Source: an uncultured Actinomycetota bacterium (GTDB lineage: Bacteria; Actinomycetota; Actinomycetes; JAHEKZ01). From it: a stretch of DNA of 64,000 nt. The notes under the pieces were generated by a model that had not been told where the DNA came from, did not search any database, and was given only the letters and a program-made list of their open reading frames with translations. Position numbers and translations under genes: made by a program. The stretch covers positions 448,001-512,000 of the forward strand of contig CAVURN010000001.1 in assembly GCA_963743915.1 (NCBI GenBank). Direction: 5' to 3'. Positions 41,517 to 51,501 of this stretch are shown here, one piece after another (positions within the stretch are counted from its first letter, which is position 1; each line of letters begins with the position of its first letter).

Positions 41517-42530
41517 CTACGGGCGCGACAGGCCCAGGTCCCGGGTCTGCTTGCTGATCGACTTCCACTTCGCGCGTTCCTCCGCCATCAGGCGGGCGTT
41601 GCCGCGTCGTTCCTGGTAGGCCGCCTCGCGCAGCAGCTTGCGGTAGCTCTGCAGCCGGCGTTCGGGCAGCGTGCCGTCGTCGACCGCAGCAAGCACGGCA
41701 CACCCCGGCTCGGAGTCGTGGGCGCAGTCACCGAACCGACAGTCGGCGGAGAGCTCCTCGATCTCGGGAAAGACCTGCTCGAGCCCATCGGTGCTGGCCA
41801 GCCCGATACTGCGGAGCCCCGGCGTGTCGATGACGAAGGCGCCGTTGGGCAGGGGAAGCAGCTCGCGGTGAGCGGTGGTGTGCCGACCCTTGCCGTCAGT
41901 GCGGGTACGGCTGGTCGCCATCATCTCGTGCCCGAGCAAGGCATTGAGCAGCGTCGACTTGCCGGCACCGGAGGGACCCAGGAGGGCCAGCGTCTCACCG
42001 GGCGCCGCCAGCGACGCCACGGAGTCGAGCCCCTCGCGGTCGAGTGCGCTCACCGTGACGACGTCGGCTCCCACCGCGGCCCGCTGGATGGCCGCCACCA
42101 GGTCATCGAGGTCGACAGCGAGGTCGGTCTTGGTGAGCACGACGACCGGTCGGGTGCCCGCCTCCCAGGCCAGGGCCAGCAGGCGCTCGATCCGGCCGGG
42201 TGCGGGGTAGGGCTCACAGGGTTCACAGATCGCCAGCACATCGACATTGGCCGCCAGGACCTGATGCTCGCTGCTGCCGGGGTAGACCGAGGCGCGCGTG
42301 ATGGCGTTGTGACGTGGCAGCACCTCGGCCAGCCAGGTCTCTCCACCCTCCACACTGACCACCACCTGGTCGCCGACGCAGGGCATGGCGGCAGGTGACT
42401 GGTGGGCAGCTGCCGCCACCGCCGGGGACCACCGGGCGCGCACCGTCTGGCCCCCGACCAGCACGTCACACACCCCGCGGTCGACACGGCTGACCCGGGG
42501 TGTCGGGTCGGGGACAGGGGAATCAGACAC
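41517..42530 (-). CDS. rsgA: Ribosome small subunit-dependent GTPase A paralogue
   Basis: QVLAANVD, LTKTD, GPSGAGKSTL, GRHTT, DTPGLR, CRFGDCAH..EPGC. Confidence 0.88.
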   Translation of the reverse strand: MSDSPVPDPTPRVSRVDRGVCDVLVGGQTVRARWSPAVAAAAHQSPAAMPCVGDQVVVSVEGGETWLAEVLPRHNAITRASVYPGSSEHQVLAANVDVLAICEPCEPYPAPGRIERLLALAWEAGTRPVVVLTKTDLAVDLDDLVAAIQRAAVGADVVTVSALDREGLDSVASLAAPGETLALLGPSGAGKSTLLNALLGHEMMATSRTRTDGKGRHTTAHRELLPLPNGAFVIDTPGLRSIGLASTDGLEQVFPEIEELSADCRFGDCAHDSEPGCAVLAAVDDGTLPERRLQSYRKLLREAAYQERRGNARLMAEERAKWKSISKQTRDLGLSRP

Positions 42531-42581
42531 GGCTCGACGGTAGGCGCCGGTGCGGAGGTACCGCCAGGGAATATTGCGGAA

Positions 42582-42599
42582 TATTTGAGATATCAAGTA
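42582..42599. promoter_or_regulatory. AT-rich palindromic operator upstream of pirin
   Basis: TATTTGA-GATA-TCAAGTA (6 of 7 arm positions complementary), preceded by AATATT-GCGG-AATATT. Confidence 0.55.
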
Positions 42600-42649
42600 C
42601 CTTGACCCGTGGTAAGAGCCTTCCGCCCCCCGATCGTGCAGGAGTCCCG

Positions 42650-43654
42650 ATGCCCGCCGTCACCGTCGACAACGTCCTCGCCCTTCCACGCGTCTCGACG
42701 ATCGACCCAGCCGTCGACCGGCCGCGCCCGGTGGTCAGCGTCACCTCGGCCCCCTCGGGGTTCGAAGGAGAGGGCTTTCCGGTGCGTCGGGCCTTCGCCG
42801 GCGTCGACCTGCGAGCCCTCGACCCGTTCATCCACATGGACCAGATGGGCGAGGTCGACTACGCACCGGGTGAGCCCAAGGGCACTCCGTGGCACCCGCA
42901 CCGCGGTTTCGAGACGGTCACCTACATGATCGACGGGCTCATGCAGCACCAGGACTCGAACGGTGGCGGTGGCCTGATCAGCGACGGCGACACCCAGTGG
43001 ATGACGGCGGGTGCCGGCATCCTGCACATCGAGGCGCCACCGGAGCACGTCGTCGTGTCCGGCGGGCTCTTCCACGGCCTGCAGCTGTGGGTGAACCTGC
43101 CTCGCTCGCTCAAGTACGCCCCGCCCCGCTACCAGGACATCACCTCCGCCAAGGTCGGCCTGCTCAGCTCCGACGACGGTGGCGGCCTGATCCGCCTGAT
43201 CGCCGGCGAGCTCGACGGGCACGCCGGACCGGGCGTGACGTACACGCCCATCACGCTCCTTCACGCGACGATCGCCCCGGGGGCGCAGGTCACGCTGCCG
43301 TGGCGCGAGGACTTCAATGCGCTCGTGTACGGGCTGTCTGGCAAGGGCTCGGTCGGCGCCGAGCGGCGTCCCCTGCACTGGGGGCAGCTCGCCGTCTACG
43401 GCGAGGGCTCCTCGATCACGATCAGCGCCGACGAGCAGCAGGACGCCGGACACTCGGCGTTCGATGTGTACGTCCTCGGCGGACAGCCCATCCGTGAGCC
43501 CGTGGCCGCCTACGGTCCGTTCGTCATGAACACCAAGGACGAGCTGGTGCAGGCGTTCGAAGACTTCCAGGCTGGACGCCTCGGCACCATCCCGGCAGCT
43601 CCGGACGACCGAGTGCCTCACGGGGACGTCGAAGGCTCGACGCCCGACGCCTGA
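42650..43654 (+). CDS. Pirin family protein
   Basis: LDPFIHMD, HPHRGFETVTY, QWMTAGAGILHIE, GLQLWVNLP, GPFVMNT. Confidence 0.94.
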   Translation: MPAVTVDNVLALPRVSTIDPAVDRPRPVVSVTSAPSGFEGEGFPVRRAFAGVDLRALDPFIHMDQMGEVDYAPGEPKGTPWHPHRGFETVTYMIDGLMQHQDSNGGGGLISDGDTQWMTAGAGILHIEAPPEHVVVSGGLFHGLQLWVNLPRSLKYAPPRYQDITSAKVGLLSSDDGGGLIRLIAGELDGHAGPGVTYTPITLLHATIAPGAQVTLPWREDFNALVYGLSGKGSVGAERRPLHWGQLAVYGEGSSITISADEQQDAGHSAFDVYVLGGQPIREPVAAYGPFVMNTKDELVQAFEDFQAGRLGTIPAAPDDRVPHGDVEGSTPDA

Positions 43655-43690
43655 CCGCGCAGGTTCGCCTTCGGCGCGGTCACCGCTTGC

Positions 43691-43784
43691 GGGTGTCCGT
43701 CACGGATCGGCGAATGACGTGCGTTCCTGGGCCGCTTCAGACCTCCAAAGCGCAAGTGATCCTCCATTCCGGCCATCTGCACCC
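43691..43784. repeat. Degenerate long inverted repeat between convergent pirin and narI
   Basis: GGGTG...CGGATCGGCGAATGACGTGCG pairs imperfectly with CGCAAGTGATCCTCCATTCCG...CACCC. Confidence 0.45.
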
Positions 43785-43859
43785 ATGAGGAGTCCCAGCC
43801 ATGCATCCTCACGGGCGCTCGGCGCCGGGAGCGCCACCCTCAGACCCGGCGGCTGTGCC

Positions 43860-44598
43860 TCAGACCTTGGTGCGGTCCCAGCCCGGACGGGGGTCGCGGT
43901 TACCCGGCCCGCTTCCTGCTCGCGTGCGGTAGACCACGTAGGGGCGGAAGAGGTAGCCGAGGGGCGCGCTGAAGGCGTGCACCAGCCGGGTGAACGGCCA
44001 GACCAGGAACAGCGCCAGGCCCGAGAGCGCGTGCACCCGGAAGGCCAGGGGTGTGTCGGCCATCAGCTCACCCTGGGGCTGCAGCAGGAAGATCGAGCGG
44101 AACCACACCGACACGGTCTCCCGGTAGTTGTACCCGTCCCCCAGCACACCTGCACCGGTCATGGTGGCGACCATGCCGAGGCAGATCGCAGCGACGAGGA
44201 ACACGTACATGGTCTTGTCGTTCTTCGTGGTGGCCGCGAACACGGGGCCGCTCGTGCGGCGGCGGTAGACCAGCAAGGCCACGCCGACCAGCGTCGCGAT
44301 GCCGGCCAGGCCGCCCAACGCGACGGCGTTGACGTGGTACATGTCCTCGCTGATTCCCAAGGCGTGTCGTCCACTCCTCAGGGATCATCAGGCCGATCAC
44401 GTGACCGCCGACGACAGCCAGCATCCCGAGGTGGAACAGCGGGCTGGCGATGCGCAGCAAGGAGCGTTCGTAGAGCTGGGACGAGCGGGTGGTCCAGCCG
44501 AACTTGTCGTAGCGGTAGCGCCACACCATGCCGACGACGAACACAGCGATCGTGACGTACGGCAGCACGTCCCAGAGCAGGATCTCGGTGGCCGTCAT
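43860..44598 (-). CDS. narI: Respiratory nitrate reductase gamma subunit (frameshift ~44362)
   Basis: WRYRYDKFGWTTRSSQLYE, FH.G...GH..G; continues as YNYRETVSVWFRS, WPFTRLVHAFS. Confidence 0.92.
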
Positions 44599-45254
44599 CG
44601 GCGGGCTCCCATGGTCAGGTCGGAGGAGCCGACGCCAAAGGGCGTCAGCGTCAGATCGATCGGACCGGCCATCCCCACGCTCTCGGTGGGCGGCCCGCTG
44701 TGCGCGAGACGCGCCATCAGCTCACGATCCTCCGGCGTCAGCTCGGAGGTCGTCGAGAGCACTGCCGACACGACGTCGGCGTAGGGAGATCCGGCGTTCT
44801 CGAGTGCCGCGTGCAGCAGCGCGATGACCCCCCGGTGCTCGGCCAGCAGGGCGTTGCCCAGCTCCGCGTCGCCGGAGGCAGCGAACTCGAGCACGACGGC
44901 GAGGTGGTCGGGCAGCTCGGACTCGTCGATGGTCAGGCCGACCTCGCGGTACACCTCTTTGAAGTGGAGGAGCGCCATCCCGCGGTTGCGGGTGTCACCG
45001 TGGGTCCAGTACGTAAGGTAGGGCGAGCACTTGCGCCGCATGTCGAATGTCTCGACGTAGTGCTGCTGCACCCGCATGAGCTCGGTCGAGGTGACGTAGT
45101 CGAGGAAGCGGCCCAGTCTGGTTGCCGGTCCGTGCGGGAGCGTGCCGAGCACGTCACCGATGACCGGGACGAGCTCGAGCGTCGACTCCTCCGGGTAACG
45201 GAGGAGCACGGAGCAGACCTGCTGGACGTACGAGCGGTCCTGTCCGTCCATCAT
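44595..45254 (-). CDS. narJ: Nitrate reductase molybdenum cofactor assembly chaperone
   Basis: LLRYP, YVETFD...YLTYWTHGDTRNRG.AL, ELPDHLAVVLEF. Confidence 0.9.
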   Translation of the reverse strand: MMDGQDRSYVQQVCSVLLRYPEESTLELVPVIGDVLGTLPHGPATRLGRFLDYVTSTELMRVQQHYVETFDMRRKCSPYLTYWTHGDTRNRGMALLHFKEVYREVGLTIDESELPDHLAVVLEFAASGDAELGNALLAEHRGVIALLHAALENAGSPYADVVSAVLSTTSELTPEDRELMARLAHSGPPTESVGMAGPIDLTLTPFGVGSSDLTMGARR

Positions 45255-46922
45255 CGGCCGTCCTCTCCACCGTCGCCCGGGAACAGCCCGGTTGGTGGCT
45301 CCCTTGCCGTCCCAGTTGAGCAGGTTGATCCGTCCCTGTTTGCTGGAGGTGTCGAGCACCCCCTCGGACGTCTGCCGCACCTTCAATGCGTGGAAGTTCT
45401 CGACGGCGACGGGAACGGGCACACCGGACGCCTCGCCGAAGGGGCCGGACCCGTACATGCCGGGTCCCTCGTCGTAGTCGAGCGAGCAGCCGATCTCCTC
45501 CAGCTGCTTGGCCTGCTCGGTGTGCGCGGCCGGGATGACGTACCTCTCCTCGTACTTGGCGATCGCGAGCAGGCGGTACATCTCCAGCACCGTCGCCTCG
45601 TCGAAGCCGACGGCCTCGGCGATGCTGGTGTCGACCTCGCGGCCGAGGTTGACGTCACGCATCGTCGAGCGCATGGCGGCGAGCCGTCGCAGCACGGTGT
45701 CGATGACGTCGGTGTCGCCGGCCGTGAAGAGCTCGGCCAGGTACTCCTTCGGGATGCGGAGCGAGTCGATGGCACCGAACAGGTTGCCGGCGTCCTCACC
45801 GTCGTTGCCGGTCTCGGTGAGCGCGTCGACCACAGGAGACAGCGGCGGGATGTACCAGACCATGGGCATCGTCCGGTACTCCGGGTGCAGCGGCAGCGCG
45901 ATCTCGAACTCCTTCGCCAGCCGGTAGACCGGGGACTTCTGGGCCGCAGCGACCCAGTCCGGCGGGATGCCGTCCCGTTCGGCTGCCGCGATCACCTCGG
46001 GGTCGTGGGGGTCGAGGATCAGGTCGAGCTGGGCCCGGTACAGGTCCTTGTCGTCCTCGACGGCGGCGGCGTCCAGCACCCGGTCCGCGTCGTAGAGGAA
46101 GAGGCCGATGTAGCGGAGCCGACCGACGCAGGTCTCCGAGCACACCGTCGGCATGCCGACCTCGACCCGCGGGTAGCAGAACGTGCACTTCTCGGCCTTG
46201 CCGGTCTTGTGGTTGAAGTAGACCTTCTTGTACGGGCAGCCGGAGACGCACATCCGCCAGCCGCGGCAACGGTCCTGGTCGACCAGGACGATGCCGTCCT
46301 CGGCCCGCTTGTACATGGCACCGGAGGGACAGGAGGCCACGCACGACGGGTTTAGGCAGTGCTCGCAGATCCGCGGCAGGTAGAACATGAAGGCGCGCTC
46401 GAAGTCGAGGGCGACCTTCTCGGACACCTGGTCACGGATCTTCACCAGGACCGGGTCGTCGGCGATGACGTCAGGGCCCCCACCGAGATCGTCGTCCCAG
46501 TTGGCCGACCACTCGATCTTCATCGGCTTGCCGGTGATCAGCGACTTGGGTCGGGCCACCGGGGTGTGCTCGCCGAGGGGCGCAGAGATGAGGGTGTCGT
46601 ACTCGTACGTCCACGGCTCGTAGTAGTCCGACAGGCTCGGGAGCTTGGGGTTGGAGAAGATCGAGGCGAGCTTCTTCCAGCGTCCGCCTCCCTTGAGGCG
46701 TAGCCCACCGCGCTTCGTCCGTTCCCACCCGCCGCGCCACCGCTCCTGGTCCTCGTGGGTTCGCGGGTAACCGAGGCCCGGCCGGGTCTCGACGTTGTTG
46801 AACCACACGTACTCGACGCCGGTGCGGTTCGTCCAGGCCTGCTTGCAGGTGACCGAGCAGGTGTGGCACCCGATGCACTTGTCGAGGTTCATCACCATGC
46901 CCATCTGGGCCATGACCTTCAT
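45251..46922 (-). CDS. narH: Respiratory nitrate reductase beta subunit (indel near the 3' end)
   Basis: MNLDKCIGCHTCSVTCK, CEHCLNPSCVASCPSG, CRGWRMC, CTFCYPR; an alternate frame ends GLFPGDGGEDGR* overlapping the narJ ATG. Confidence 0.93.
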
Positions 46923-49900
46923 CAGTACACGACCTCCTGTGAGCGCCTACGGATCACCGTGACTTCGTCCCGCTGGTTGCCCGTCGGTCCGAGGTAGTTG
47001 AAGAAGAACGACAGCTGCGCGTAGCCACCGACGAGGTGGCTCGGCTTCAGCATCAGCCGCGTGAGCGAGTTGTGGATGCCCCCGCGCAACCCCGAGGTCT
47101 CGGCGCGAGGGACGTCGACCACCCGATCCTTTGCGTGGTACATGAACACCGTCCCTTGAGGCATCCGGTGCGACACGATCGCCCGGGCCACGACGACGCC
47201 GTTGCGGTTGTACGCCTCGATCCACTCGTTGTCCTTGACACCGATCTGCTCGGCGTCCTCGACGCTCATCCAGATCTCCGGTCCGCCTCGCGAGAGCGAG
47301 AGCATGAAGAGGTTGTCCTGGTACTCGGAGTGGATGGACCACTTCGAGTGCGGCGTCAGGTAGCGGACCGTGACCTCCTTGCCGAGACCGCTGCTCTGGT
47401 CGCCGAAGATGCGGTGCATGTTGAGCGGCGGCCGGTAGATCGGCAGCTGCTCGCCGAGCTCGGTGAGCCAGTCGTGGTCCAGGAAGAAGTGCTGGCGACC
47501 GGTGAGCGTGTGCCACGGCTTCAAGCGGTCGACGTTGATGGCAAAGGCCGTGTAGCGGCGACCACCGTGCTCCGACCCGGACCACTCGGGGCTGGTGATC
47601 ACCGGGACCGGACGAGCCTGCGTGTCCGGGAAGGTGATCCGCTTGCCCTCGTGGTCGAGTGCGAGGTCGGCCAGCTGTCGCCCGGTCCGCGCCTCCAGCT
47701 GACGGAACCCCTCGACCGCGACGCGGCCGTTGGTGGTCCCCGACAGCGCCAGGATCGTCTCGCAGACGTGGGTGTCCTTGACGAGAGACGGACGCCCGGC
47801 CGCGACGCCGTCCGGGATGACCCCGTTGGTGCGGGCCAGCGCCTCGACCTCGGGCACCGGCTTGATGTTCACGCCCTTGGTCAGGGTGCCGAGCTTGTCG
47901 ACCAGTGGCCCGAGCGCCGACATCTTGGCGCCCACCTGCGTGTAGTCGCGCTGCACCACCACGAACTTCGGCATCGTCACGCCGGGAACCGCGTCCACCT
48001 CGCCGCTGCGCCAGTCCTGCACGATCCCGTGCGGCACGGCCATCTCGTCGGGGGTGTCGTGCAGCAGCGGCATCATCACGACGTCCTCGCGCTGCTCGAG
48101 ATGACCGGCGGCGAGGTCGGACACCTTGCGACCCAGGGCGTTGAAGATGTCGTGGTCGGACTTGGTCTCCCACGGCGGGTTGATCGCCGGGGTGAAGGCG
48201 TGCACGAACGGGTGCATGTCGGTGCTCGACAGGTCGTGCTTCTCGTACCAGGTGGCTGCCGGCAGCAGCACGTCGCTGTACAGACCGGTGCCGGTCATCC
48301 GGAAGTCGATCGAGACCAGCAGGTCGAGCTTGCCTTCGTCGGACGTCTCGCGCCACGCCACGTCGCGAGGACGTTCGTCCGGTGCGACCTCCTCGGCGCG
48401 CACGGCATTGTCGGTGCCGAGCAGGTGACGCAGGAAGTACTCGTTGCCCTTGCTGGAGGAGCCGAGCAGGTTGGCCCGCCAGACGGTCAGCACGCGCGGC
48501 CAGTTCTCGGGGGCGTCGGGGTCGTCGATCGCGAACGAGACCTCACCCGAGCGCAGCTTGTCCACGACGTGGTCGGCCGGCTCGACCCCCGCCGCTCGTG
48601 CCTCGTCGACGAGATCGAGGGAGTTGCGGTTGAGCGAGGGGTAGGAAGGCATCCACCCGGCCCGCGCCGACTGCGCCAGCGTGTCGATCGCGGTCATGCC
48701 GTTCCAGCGACCGCTGCCGAGTGGCGAGGCGAGGGTGTCGGCCGGCAGCCCGTCGTACCGCCACTGACCGGTCTGCACGTACCAGAACGCCGTCCCGATC
48801 ATCTGACGCGGCGGACGTTGCCAGTCGAGGCCGAAGGCGAGCTGGGCCCAACCGGTCACCGGACGGCACTTCTCCTGGCCGACGTAGTGCGCCCAGCCAC
48901 CCCCGTTCACGCCTTGGCAGCCGGTCAGCGTGACCAGGGCCAGGAACGTGCGGTAGATCGTGTCGGAGTGGAACCAGTGGTTGGTACCGGCGCCCATGAG
49001 GATCATGGACCGCCCACCGGAGTCCTCGGCGTTCTGGGCGAACTCACGGCCGATCCGGATCGCCTGCTCGGCCGGGACGCCGGTGATCTCCTCCTGCCAG
49101 GCCGGTGTGTAGGGCTCGGGATCGTCGTAGCCCTGCGGCCATTCGCCTGGCAGGCCGTCACGGCCGACGCCGTACTGGGCGAGCATGAGGTCGAAGACAG
49201 TGGTGACCGTGTGCTCGCCGAGCTGCGCCGACGGGACGCCTCGGCGGATCACCCCGCCACCTTCGTTCTGCTCCTGGGCCATGTCGAAGCGGGGGAGCAG
49301 CACCTCGGCGGTTCCCGTGTTGTCCGCTCCGTGGAGCGAGAGGGCCGGCACGACACCCTCGAGGTCGAGGTTCCAGTGGCCCTTGCCGCTCTCGCTGAAG
49401 CGGTCGCCCAGCGATCCGTTGGGGACGTGCGGGCGTCCGGTCGCGGAGTCGACCATCACCGGCTTCCACGCCGCAGCCTCGGTTTCGATGCCGAGGTCCT
49501 CGGCGGTCACGAACTTGTCGGGCACCCAGGCGCCGTCCTTCTCGCGCAGCTTCACGAGATAGGGAAGATCGGTGTAGGTCTGCACGTACTCCACGAAGCG
49601 CGGCACCTGACGGTCGACGAAGAACTCCTTGAGCAGCACGTGCCCCATCGCCATGCCGAGCGCTCCGTCGGTCCCGGGATGCGGGGCGAGCCACTCGTCG
49701 GCGAACTTGGTGTTGTCGGCGTAGTCCGGGCTCACGACGACGACCTTCTGGCCGCGGTAGCGAGCCTCGGTCATGAAGTGGGCATCGGGTGTGCGGGTGA
49801 CCGGGACGTTCGATCCCCACATGATCAGGTAGCTGGCGTTGAACCAGTCGGCTGACTCCGGCACGTCGGTCTGGTCGCCGAACACCTGGGGCGACGCGAC

Positions 49901-50599
49901 CGGCAGGTCGGCGTACCAGTCGTAGAACGAGAGCATCGCGCCGCCGAGCAAGCTGATGAAGCGGGCACCCGCGGCGTGGGAAGCCATGGACATGGCGGGG
50001 ATGGGGGAGAAGCCGAAGACCCGGTCGGGCCCGTACTTCTTGATGGTGTGGACGTGGGCCGCCCCCACGATCTCCGCGACCTCTTCCCAGTGGGCGCGCA
50101 CGAGACCACCCTTGCCGCGCGCCTTCTGGAACCGACGTCGCTTGGCGGGGTCGTCGACGACCGCCGCCCAGGCGTCGACCGGGTCCGGATGCACCTTCTT
50201 GGCATCGCGGTACATCTCGAGCAGGACGCCCCGGACGTACGGGTAGCGGATCCGCGTCGGTGAGTAGGTGTACCAGCTGAAGGCCGCCCCACGGGGGCAT
50301 CCGCGCGGCTCGTACTCAGGGGACTGTGCGCCGATCGACGGGTAGTCGGTCTGCTGGGTCTCCCACGTGATGATGCCGTCCTTGACGTACACCTTCCAGG
50401 AGCACGAACCGGTGCAGTTGACGCCGTGCGTCGACCGGACCACCTTGTCGTGGCTCCACCGGTCCCGGTAGAAGACGTCGCCCTCCCGACCGCCCTCGTG
50501 GGTGATGGTGCGCAGGTCCTCCGACACCTCGGAACGACGCAGCAGCCCTCCGGCGCGCAGCAGCAGGTCGGCGGCCGGGCCGTCGGTGCGAGCAGTCAT
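46922..50599 (-). CDS. narG: Respiratory nitrate reductase alpha subunit
   Basis: RSTHGVNCTGSCSWK, EPRGCPRG, SFYDWYADLP, WAHYVGQEK, TPHSKWSIHS, NYLGPTGNQRD. Confidence 0.96.
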   Translation of the reverse strand: MTARTDGPAADLLLRAGGLLRRSEVSEDLRTITHEGGREGDVFYRDRWSHDKVVRSTHGVNCTGSCSWKVYVKDGIITWETQQTDYPSIGAQSPEYEPRGCPRGAAFSWYTYSPTRIRYPYVRGVLLEMYRDAKKVHPDPVDAWAAVVDDPAKRRRFQKARGKGGLVRAHWEEVAEIVGAAHVHTIKKYGPDRVFGFSPIPAMSMASHAAGARFISLLGGAMLSFYDWYADLPVASPQVFGDQTDVPESADWFNASYLIMWGSNVPVTRTPDAHFMTEARYRGQKVVVVSPDYADNTKFADEWLAPHPGTDGALGMAMGHVLLKEFFVDRQVPRFVEYVQTYTDLPYLVKLREKDGAWVPDKFVTAEDLGIETEAAAWKPVMVDSATGRPHVPNGSLGDRFSESGKGHWNLDLEGVVPALSLHGADNTGTAEVLLPRFDMAQEQNEGGGVIRRGVPSAQLGEHTVTTVFDLMLAQYGVGRDGLPGEWPQGYDDPEPYTPAWQEEITGVPAEQAIRIGREFAQNAEDSGGRSMILMGAGTNHWFHSDTIYRTFLALVTLTGCQGVNGGGWAHYVGQEKCRPVTGWAQLAFGLDWQRPPRQMIGTAFWYVQTGQWRYDGLPADTLASPLGSGRWNGMTAIDTLAQSARAGWMPSYPSLNRNSLDLVDEARAAGVEPADHVVDKLRSGEVSFAIDDPDAPENWPRVLTVWRANLLGSSSKGNEYFLRHLLGTDNAVRAEEVAPDERPRDVAWRETSDEGKLDLLVSIDFRMTGTGLYSDVLLPAATWYEKHDLSSTDMHPFVHAFTPAINPPWETKSDHDIFNALGRKVSDLAAGHLEQREDVVMMPLLHDTPDEMAVPHGIVQDWRSGEVDAVPGVTMPKFVVVQRDYTQVGAKMSALGPLVDKLGTLTKGVNIKPVPEVEALARTNGVIPDGVAAGRPSLVKDTHVCETILALSGTTNGRVAVEGFRQLEARTGRQLADLALDHEGKRITFPDTQARPVPVITSPEWSGSEHGGRRYTAFAINVDRLKPWHTLTGRQHFFLDHDWLTELGEQLPIYRPPLNMHRIFGDQSSGLGKEVTVRYLTPHSKWSIHSEYQDNLFMLSLSRGGPEIWMSVEDAEQIGVKDNEWIEAYNRNGVVVARAIVSHRMPQGTVFMYHAKDRVVDVPRAETSGLRGGIHNSLTRLMLKPSHLVGGYAQLSFFFNYLGPTGNQRDEVTVIRRRSQEVVY

Positions 50600-51303
50600 G
50601 GGGTTTCCTTCGTCTCGTGGTCGGTGGTTCCTGTGAGATGGGCGACGCAGAGGCCGGGACGGGCGTCGACGTCGAAGCGGTCGACCGACAGCTGTGAACC
50701 GACGGCCGTCAGCGAGCCACGCAGCAGACCGAGGTGGATGTCGCAGACACCGGGGAAGGCGTCGCGGATGGCGGCGTAGGGGCAGGCACGCAGATAGATG
50801 CGGTCGCCGAGCGGCTCGGTGGTCGCGTCGAACCCCAGGTCGCTGAAGAGCTGGGTGACCTGCTCGACGGCCTCCTCGGCGGAGGGCGTGGGGTGCAGCC
50901 GTCCCTCGCTCACGAGGGCCTCGGCCCACAGCAGGCCCGCCTCGTCGACGGAGCGCTGGTCGGGCTGGCCGAGGATCGACAGCTCGTTGGCGAGGGCGGT
51001 CGCCAGCGTCTTGTAGGCGTCCTGGTGGACGGGCTCGCCCGGCGCGAGGGCGTAGAGGATGCGTGGTCGACCCCTGCCACCGCCCCGCTCGGTCTCACGC
51101 GTCACGACGCCGAGGTGCACCAGGAGCTCAAGGTGACCGCGGACGGTGTTCACGTGCAGCCCCACGTCCTCAGCGACTTCGGCCACCGACAGCGGACTGG
51201 ACGCCTCGCGGATCGCACGCAGGACGGCCTTGCGTCCCTGGCGTGACTCACGGTCGTCGGGCACTGCCCCTCGCGTTCGCGCTGCTGTCGTTTCAATGGG
51301 CAC
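50596..51303 (-). CDS. Winged-HTH regulator with C-terminal CP..C..H motif (ArnR-like)
   Basis: LHVNTVRGHLE.L, GRGRPRILY, LRACPY...VCDIHLGL; overlaps the narG start. Confidence 0.8.
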   Translation of the reverse strand: MPIETTAARTRGAVPDDRESRQGRKAVLRAIREASSPLSVAEVAEDVGLHVNTVRGHLELLVHLGVVTRETERGGGRGRPRILYALAPGEPVHQDAYKTLATALANELSILGQPDQRSVDEAGLLWAEALVSEGRLHPTPSAEEAVEQVTQLFSDLGFDATTEPLGDRIYLRACPYAAIRDAFPGVCDIHLGLLRGSLTAVGSQLSVDRFDVDARPGLCVAHLTGTTDHETKETP

Positions 51304-51337
51304 GCCTCATCCTGGTCAGCCGCGGCGGTTGAGTCTC

Positions 51338-51437
51338 GGGACTTTGGTCCTGTGACGTCACATCGCGCCACCTTCTGATCTGAGTCTCCCGCATCTTGCC
51401 ACGGCGCGGTCATGGTTTGACACGGGACTGGAGTACC
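51338..51437. promoter_or_regulatory. Two DosR/DevR-like boxes and a TGTGACGTCACA palindrome in the divergent nar/narK promoter
   Basis: GGGACTTTGGTCCT (51338-51351), TGTGACGTCACA (51351-51362), GGGACTGGAGTACC (51424-51437). Confidence 0.55.
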
Positions 51438-51501
51438 TGAATCCATGGAGTGAGTGGGCCATAACGTGGATGGGTCAAGGTCATCGCAGAAGGGACCAGC
51501 C

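Noticed and set aside
44595-46922. Apparent 775-aa NarH-NarJ fusion
   Set aside because: An alternate frame near 45290 gives a plausible NarH end (GLFPGDGGEDGR*) overlapping the narJ ATG. A single indel explains the fusion, and such indels are common in this window.
47036-49855. Long antisense and alternate-frame ORFs (e.g. 939 aa opposite narG, and N-terminal extensions of ORFs 5507, 12163, 37568 and 39602)
   Set aside because: Shadow ORFs typical of high-GC DNA, with no recognisable motifs and overlapping well-supported genes.
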